NCBI GenBank assembly: GCA_041390145.1
Contig: JAWKQM010000002.1
Coordinates: 96,235-160,234, forward strand
Source: Gemmatimonadales bacterium
GTDB lineage: Bacteria > Gemmatimonadota > Gemmatimonadetes > Gemmatimonadales > GWC2-71-9
DNA length: 64,000 bases
Direction of reading: 5' to 3'
In this document: one piece after another, positions 59,803 through 64,000 of the stretch
Numbering within the stretch: the first letter of the stretch is position 1
How the letters are laid out: every line of letters begins with the position of its first letter
Program-made: the position numbers and the translations under genes
The notes under the pieces: model-generated
The model's input: only the letters and a program-made list of their open reading frames with translations
Databases searched by the model: none
Told to the model about the DNA's origin: nothing

Positions 59803-60423
59803 TTGAGAATATCCCGGGAACCGAGGGCTGGAGCAAGCGACGCCGTTGCGATCGCCCTGACACTCGCCCTGGCTTGTTCCATCGGCGGCTGCGGAGGCTC
59901 GACACCCGGGCTGGAGGGACCGGCACCGGGCCCGGTGCCGCGGGTCTATCCCGCCTCGCAGGTGTTTGCCGTCGAGGTCTGGGGGGCGCAGGCGCCGGAC
60001 ACGGTGGTCACATTCGCCGCCTCGAGCGGCCGGTCCATCGTCCTGCGACACGGCCCGCCCGATAACACCGTCTTCGCTGAAATGGACATACCTGAGGGTG
60101 CCTTCAGTCCGCGGGGCAGCGGCGACTCGGTTGCCGTTTCGATCCACCCGACGCCGGGCATCTACGGCCTCACGGTGGAGAGCGAGGCCGCCCTGACCTC
60201 GCCCATCGTGCTCACGTTCAAGTACCCCGTCCACTTCGCGGCCCCGTCGGACAGCCGCGCCCGCTATCCCACCGACGTGCTCTTCGAACAGGCGCTCGCC
60301 ATCGCCCTGGTGGAGGATGACGGCGCCCAGTTCCGGACGCTGCGGTCCACCCGCCCCGCCAGCGACAACCTGAGTGCGACGATCTCCATTCTTGGCCGCT
60401 ACCAGTTGGTCGCTCCGCGTTGA
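59803..60423 (+). CDS. Hypothetical lipoprotein
   Basis: TTG 59803 is the only canonical in-frame start that keeps the signal peptide (M)RISREPRAGASDAVAIALTLALACS, which contains the lipobox. 206 aa. It lies 30 nt upstream of the cyclase gene. Confidence 0.5.
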   Translation: MRISREPRAGASDAVAIALTLALACSIGGCGGSTPGLEGPAPGPVPRVYPASQVFAVEVWGAQAPDTVVTFAASSGRSIVLRHGPPDNTVFAEMDIPEGAFSPRGSGDSVAVSIHPTPGIYGLTVESEAALTSPIVLTFKYPVHFAAPSDSRARYPTDVLFEQALAIALVEDDGAQFRTLRSTRPASDNLSATISILGRYQLVAPR

Positions 60424-60453
60424 GGCGCCTGAGGCGCTAGATTTCGCCCCATC

Positions 60454-62070
60454 ATGCCACTCTTCTCCCTCATCAGCTTCGGCGGAGACCAGCGATTCGA
60501 GCTGCCGGCCGGCCGCACCTTGCTGGTCGGGCGGGCCGTCGAGTGCGACGTCCCGGTCTTCGATCCCACCGTGTCTCGCCACCACGCCGAACTCACCGCC
60601 GATGAGCTGGGTGAAGGGGTGCGCGTCCGCGACCTCGGCAGCTCCAACGGCACCTCGATCAACGGGGTGCGCGTCGCCGAAGGGTGGCTGGCTCCGAACG
60701 ACACCGTCGCCTTCGGGAAGATCTCCTATTATCTCCGGGCCCTCGAAGTCACGGCGGAACACCGGGTGCCCATGCCCGCGCCCCCCACCGGCCCCAAGGG
60801 TGGCAGCATCGTCCGGCAGCTGGTGGTCAACGTGGACACCCCGGCACGGGTCGATGCCGCCGCCGCGGACGGACTGCTTCGGGTCGGGTCGGGAGGGCCG
60901 GAGCGCCAGGCGGAGAAGCTCGCTCACCTGCTCGCCCTCTCGAACCGCCTCTCCGGCGAACTCGACCTCGACCGACTGCTGAACACGGTCGCCGAAACCA
61001 CCTTCCAGGTGCTCAACGTGGACCGGGTCGCCATCCTGCTGCGGGACGCCAAGAGCGGAGACCTCGTGCCCGCGGCGTCGCGCAGCCGGCTCGGCGGGGC
61101 GGAAGGCCTGCGCGTGCCGCAGTCGATCGCGCGGAAGGCGGTGGAGGAGCGGGTGGCACTGCAGACCGACAATGCCGCCGCGGACGAGCGCTTCACGGGA
61201 AAGTCGGTGGTGCAGCAGAGCGTACGCGGGGCAATGTGCGCCCCGCTGCTGGCCGAGGGAGACCAGGTGCTTGGCCTGCTCTACGTCGACAATCTCGCGA
61301 CGCCCGGGAGCTTCACCGAGGAGGACCTGCAGTTCCTGGTGGCCTTCGGTGGCATCGCGGCGGGTGGGATCCGCGCAGCCCGATCCGCCGACGCCGTACA
61401 ACGGGAGGCGGCCACGCGCGCCAATTTTGAGCGGTACTTCGCGCCGTCCGTCGCGGCGGACATTGCCGGACGACAGGGCGCCATCGAGCTCGGCGGGACC
61501 CGCCAGCCGCTCACCATCCTCTTCAGCGACATTCGCGGATTCACGGCGCTCGCCGAATCGATGCCGCCCGACGCGATCGCGGAACTCCTGAGCGCATACT
61601 TCACTGAAATGGTGGACGTGATCTTCGAGCACGGCGGCACGCTCGACAAGTTCATCGGTGATGCGATCATGGCCCAGTGGGGAGCACCGATCAGCCACCC
61701 GGACGACGCCGAGCGGGCGCTCCAGGCCGCATTGGGCATGGAGCGCGCGGTGGGCGACATCAACGCGCGGTGGGCCGCCCAGGGCCGACCGACCATCAGC
61801 ATCGGCATCGGCATCAATTATGGTGAGGTCTTCGCGGGCAACATCGGCAGCCACCGCCGCCTCGAATACACCGTCATCGGTGACGCGGTGAATGTCGCTT
61901 CGCGGCTCTGCTCGGCCGCCGCCCCCGGCGAGATCCTCATGACCGAGGCGTTTCACCGTCAGCTGGGCAAGAAGAAGCCCGCCGTGGAGCGGGCCGAAGG
62001 GATCGACATCAAGGGGCGGACCGGGAAGGTCACGGTGTACCGGATGAACGGACTGGGGAGCAAGGACTGA
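60454..62070 (+). CDS. FHA - GAF - class III adenylate cyclase
   Basis: The N-terminal FHA domain reads LLVGRAVECDVPVFDPTVSRHHAEL...DLGSSNGTSINGVRV. The central part is GAF-like. The cyclase core has LTILFSDIRGFTALAE, GGTLDKFIGDAIMAQWGAP and EYTVIGDAVNVASRL. Confidence 0.85.
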   Translation: MPLFSLISFGGDQRFELPAGRTLLVGRAVECDVPVFDPTVSRHHAELTADELGEGVRVRDLGSSNGTSINGVRVAEGWLAPNDTVAFGKISYYLRALEVTAEHRVPMPAPPTGPKGGSIVRQLVVNVDTPARVDAAAADGLLRVGSGGPERQAEKLAHLLALSNRLSGELDLDRLLNTVAETTFQVLNVDRVAILLRDAKSGDLVPAASRSRLGGAEGLRVPQSIARKAVEERVALQTDNAAADERFTGKSVVQQSVRGAMCAPLLAEGDQVLGLLYVDNLATPGSFTEEDLQFLVAFGGIAAGGIRAARSADAVQREAATRANFERYFAPSVAADIAGRQGAIELGGTRQPLTILFSDIRGFTALAESMPPDAIAELLSAYFTEMVDVIFEHGGTLDKFIGDAIMAQWGAPISHPDDAERALQAALGMERAVGDINARWAAQGRPTISIGIGINYGEVFAGNIGSHRRLEYTVIGDAVNVASRLCSAAAPGEILMTEAFHRQLGKKKPAVERAEGIDIKGRTGKVTVYRMNGLGSKD

Positions 62071-62085
62071 GGGCTCCCAGCGAGG

Positions 62086-62664
62086 TCAGCTCCCCGGCTT
62101 GCCCGGAAACGCGTAGGGCACCCCGGCTTCCGCCAGCAGATCGAGCACCAGCCTGATCGGCAGCCCCATCACCCCGAAGAAATCGCCGTCGATCCCTTCC
62201 ACCAGCGCCGCCCCGTACCCCTGAATGCCATAGGCCCCCGCCTTGTCCATCGGTTCACCGGTGCGGACATAGGCCCGGAGCATGCCCTCGCGCGCCGGTC
62301 GGAAGGTGACCGCCGTGACGTCCACCGCCTCGAAGACGGTCTCGGCAGCGCGCAGCGCCACCGCCGTAATGACATGGTGAGTCCGGCCCTGCAGGCGCAG
62401 CAGCATCCGCACCGCGTCATCCTCATCGAGCGGCTTTTCCAGCAGTTCATCATCGAGCACCACGATCGTGTCCGCGGCCAGGACCAGGTCCCCGGGCACG
62501 GCCGTCGCCTTGTCGTGGGCCAGGCGGAGGGCATAATCGCGTGGGCCCTCACCCGACTTGCGGACCTCGGGCACCTGGGAGGGGCGGACGTCGACCGGGA
62601 TACCGAGCATCTCGAGCAGCTGGCGGCGGCGCGGCGACGCCGAGGCAAGGATGAGGGACGTCAT
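62086..62664 (-). CDS. maf: Maf-family nucleoside triphosphate pyrophosphatase
   Basis: ATG 62664 gives [22 protein letters not shown], followed by [15 protein letters not shown] and [14 protein letters not shown] overlap with the dtd stop. Confidence 0.85.
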   Translation of the reverse strand: MTSLILASASPRRRQLLEMLGIPVDVRPSQVPEVRKSGEGPRDYALRLAHDKATAVPGDLVLAADTIVVLDDELLEKPLDEDDAVRMLLRLQGRTHHVITAVALRAAETVFEAVDVTAVTFRPAREGMLRAYVRTGEPMDKAGAYGIQGYGAALVEGIDGDFFGVMGLPIRLVLDLLAEAGVPYAFPGKPGS

Positions 62665-63104
62665 GCGGAGCGCTCGAGGATGAGGGTGACGGGACCGTCG
62701 TTCAGGAGTTCCACCTGCATGTCGGCGCCAAACTCTCCGGCCTCCACATGGAGGCCGGCGGCGCGCAGCCCGGCCAGGAACTTTTCGTAGAGCGGGATGG
62801 CGATCTCGGGACGCGCCGCGCCGATGAAGGACGGACGCCGTCCCCGCTCCGTGTCCCCGTACAGCGTGAACTGGCTCACGACGAGGACGCCCCCGTCCAC
62901 GTCGGACAGCGCGCGATTCATCTTCCCCTCGTTGTCGGTGAAGAGTCGCAGGCCAGCCACCTTGGCGGCCATCCAGTCGCACTGCTCTGGGGTGTCGGTG
63001 GCGTGAAAGCCGGCCAGCAGGAGGAAGCCACGGCCAATGGCGCCGGTCACCCGACCGCCGACCGTCACGCTGGCGCGGGAGACGCGCTGGAGGACGACAC
63101 GCAT
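62661..63104 (-). CDS. dtd: D-aminoacyl-tRNA deacylase
   Basis: ATG 63104 gives [13 protein letters not shown], followed by [19 protein letters not shown] and [10 protein letters not shown]. 147 aa. Confidence 0.9.
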   Translation of the reverse strand: MRVVLQRVSRASVTVGGRVTGAIGRGFLLLAGFHATDTPEQCDWMAAKVAGLRLFTDNEGKMNRALSDVDGGVLVVSQFTLYGDTERGRRPSFIGAARPEIAIPLYEKFLAGLRAAGLHVEAGEFGADMQVELLNDGPVTLILERSA

Positions 63105-63145
63105 GACGGAGTTTAACACCGGCGGCAGGGCCGGTGCAGCGGTCG

Positions 63146-64000
63146 CTATTCGACGGTGACCGACTTCGCGAGGTTGCGGGGCTGGTCCACGTTGCACCCG
63201 CGGCGCACGGCCACGTAATACGACAGCAGCTGGAGCGGGACGATCGTCAGGATCGGGGTCAGGAGGTCAAGCGTCTGCGGGATGGTGAAGGTCGCATCCG
63301 CCAGGCGCTCAATTTCGGGGTCGTTCTCCGAACAGATGGCGAGCACCTTGCCACCGCGCGCCTTCACCTCTTCGATGTTGGACACAATCTTGGAGTGCAC
63401 CGCATCCATTGGGGCAATGAACACGACCGGCATGTTCTCGTCGATCAGCGCGATCGGCCCGTGCTTCATTTCCGCGGCGGGATACCCCTCCGCATGGATG
63501 TAGGAGATTTCCTTCAGCTTGAGGGCGCCCTCGAGCGCGACGGGGAAATTGACCCCGCGGCCGAGATACAGGGCGTGGTTGCCCGAGAAGAACCGCTCGG
63601 CGAGGAGCTTCACCTCGGCTTCCTTGGCCAGGATCTGCTCGATCTGGGCCGGGAGCGCCTTCAGCGCCTGGATGAACTGCCGGCCCTGCAGGATGCTCAG
63701 GTTCCGGAGGCGGCCGAGGCGGAGGGTCAGCAGCGCCAACGCCGCCACCTGGCTGGTGAAGGCCTTGGTGGACGCCACGCCCACCTCGGGGCCGGCATGC
63801 AGGTAGGTGCCGCCGTCGACCTCGCGGGCGATGGTGCTGCCCACAACGTTGACCAGGCCGATCGTCCGCGCCCCGCGGCGCCGCGCCTCGCGAATCGCCG
63901 CCAGGGTGTCAGCCGTTTCCCCGGACTGACTGATCCCGATCACCAGCGTCTTTTCGTTGACGACCGGGTTCCGGTACCGGAATTCGGAGGCGTACTCGAC
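63146..64000 (-). CDS. glmS: Glutamine--fructose-6-phosphate aminotransferase, C-terminal (SIS) part; gene continues past window end
   Basis: It ends ...[16 protein letters not shown] and contains [13 protein letters not shown]. My manual translation of 63944-64000 continues in frame as [20 protein letters not shown], so the N-terminus lies outside the window. Confidence 0.92.
   Translation of the reverse strand, partial: VEYASEFRYRNPVVNEKTLVIGISQSGETADTLAAIREARRRGARTIGLVNVVGSTIAREVDGGTYLHAGPEVGVASTKAFTSQVAALALLTLRLGRLRNLSILQGRQFIQALKALPAQIEQILAKEAEVKLLAERFFSGNHALYLGRGVNFPVALEGALKLKEISYIHAEGYPAAEMKHGPIALIDENMPVVFIAPMDAVHSKIVSNIEEVKARGGKVLAICSENDPEIERLADATFTIPQTLDLLTPILTIVPLQLLSYYVAVRRGCNVDQPRNLAKSVTVE

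Noticed and set aside
59800-61956. The 1399-aa minus-strand ORF (57757-61956) suggests a giant protein extending upstream of the barrel gene.
   Set aside because: The part above 59799 is antisense to two plus-strand genes with clear domain content (a lipoprotein and the FHA-GAF-cyclase). Its translation is Arg/Asp/His/Gly-rich with no motifs. The barrel protein has its own ATG and a good signal peptide at 59799. Long stop-free antisense frames are expected in GC-rich DNA.

Overview
This is a very GC-rich, gene-dense chromosomal segment with strong G/C preference at third codon positions. I call about 56 protein-coding genes and one tRNA. I found no rRNA, CRISPR array, transposase, integrase or phage gene. 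The many lipoproteins, the Oar-like TonB receptor and several Omp85-type barrels suggest a didermic, possibly Gemmatimonadota-like organism, but that is inference only.

Genes in order:
- trmH-like methyltransferase, prepilin peptidase pilD and a partial downstream lipoprotein gene.
- thiD.
- A minus-strand nucleoside-scavenging operon: tandem-duplicated 5'-nucleotidase, a small beta-grasp-like ORF, adenosine deaminase, an NupC transporter and purine nucleoside phosphorylase.
- A complete Pho locus: arsR-like, phoB and phoR, then porin, pstS, pstC, pstA, pstB1, pstB2, phoU and ppx, with 11-bp-periodic Pho-box-like repeats.
- deoC plus a fused double aldehyde dehydrogenase.
- DPP-IV.
- PP2C phosphatase, a GT4 glycosyltransferase, a DUF2231/TPR membrane protein and two outer-membrane barrels.
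- dnaK and htrA.
- tRNA-Leu and a CDGSH protein.
- tig, clpP, clpX and engB.
- apbE, an acyltransferase and a hybrid histidine kinase.
- A TonB-dependent receptor with two lipoproteins.
- A same-strand cluster of an Omp85-like barrel, a PilB/GspE ATPase fused to a receiver domain, a Nudix hydrolase and a secreted beta-helix protein.
- A lipoprotein plus an FHA-GAF-class III adenylate cyclase.
- maf, dtd and the 3' part of glmS.

The most unusual item is the orphan PilB/GspE-receiver fusion and its neighbourhood (53.5-62.1 kb). Other points of interest:
- Two distant paralogues of an uncharacterised barrel family.
- Two genes that appear to need non-canonical start codons.
- An ArsR-type regulator without a metal site, translationally coupled to phoBR.
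- A structured pstS-pstC intergenic region.

All functional calls rest on motif recognition in the supplied translations. No database search was possible.
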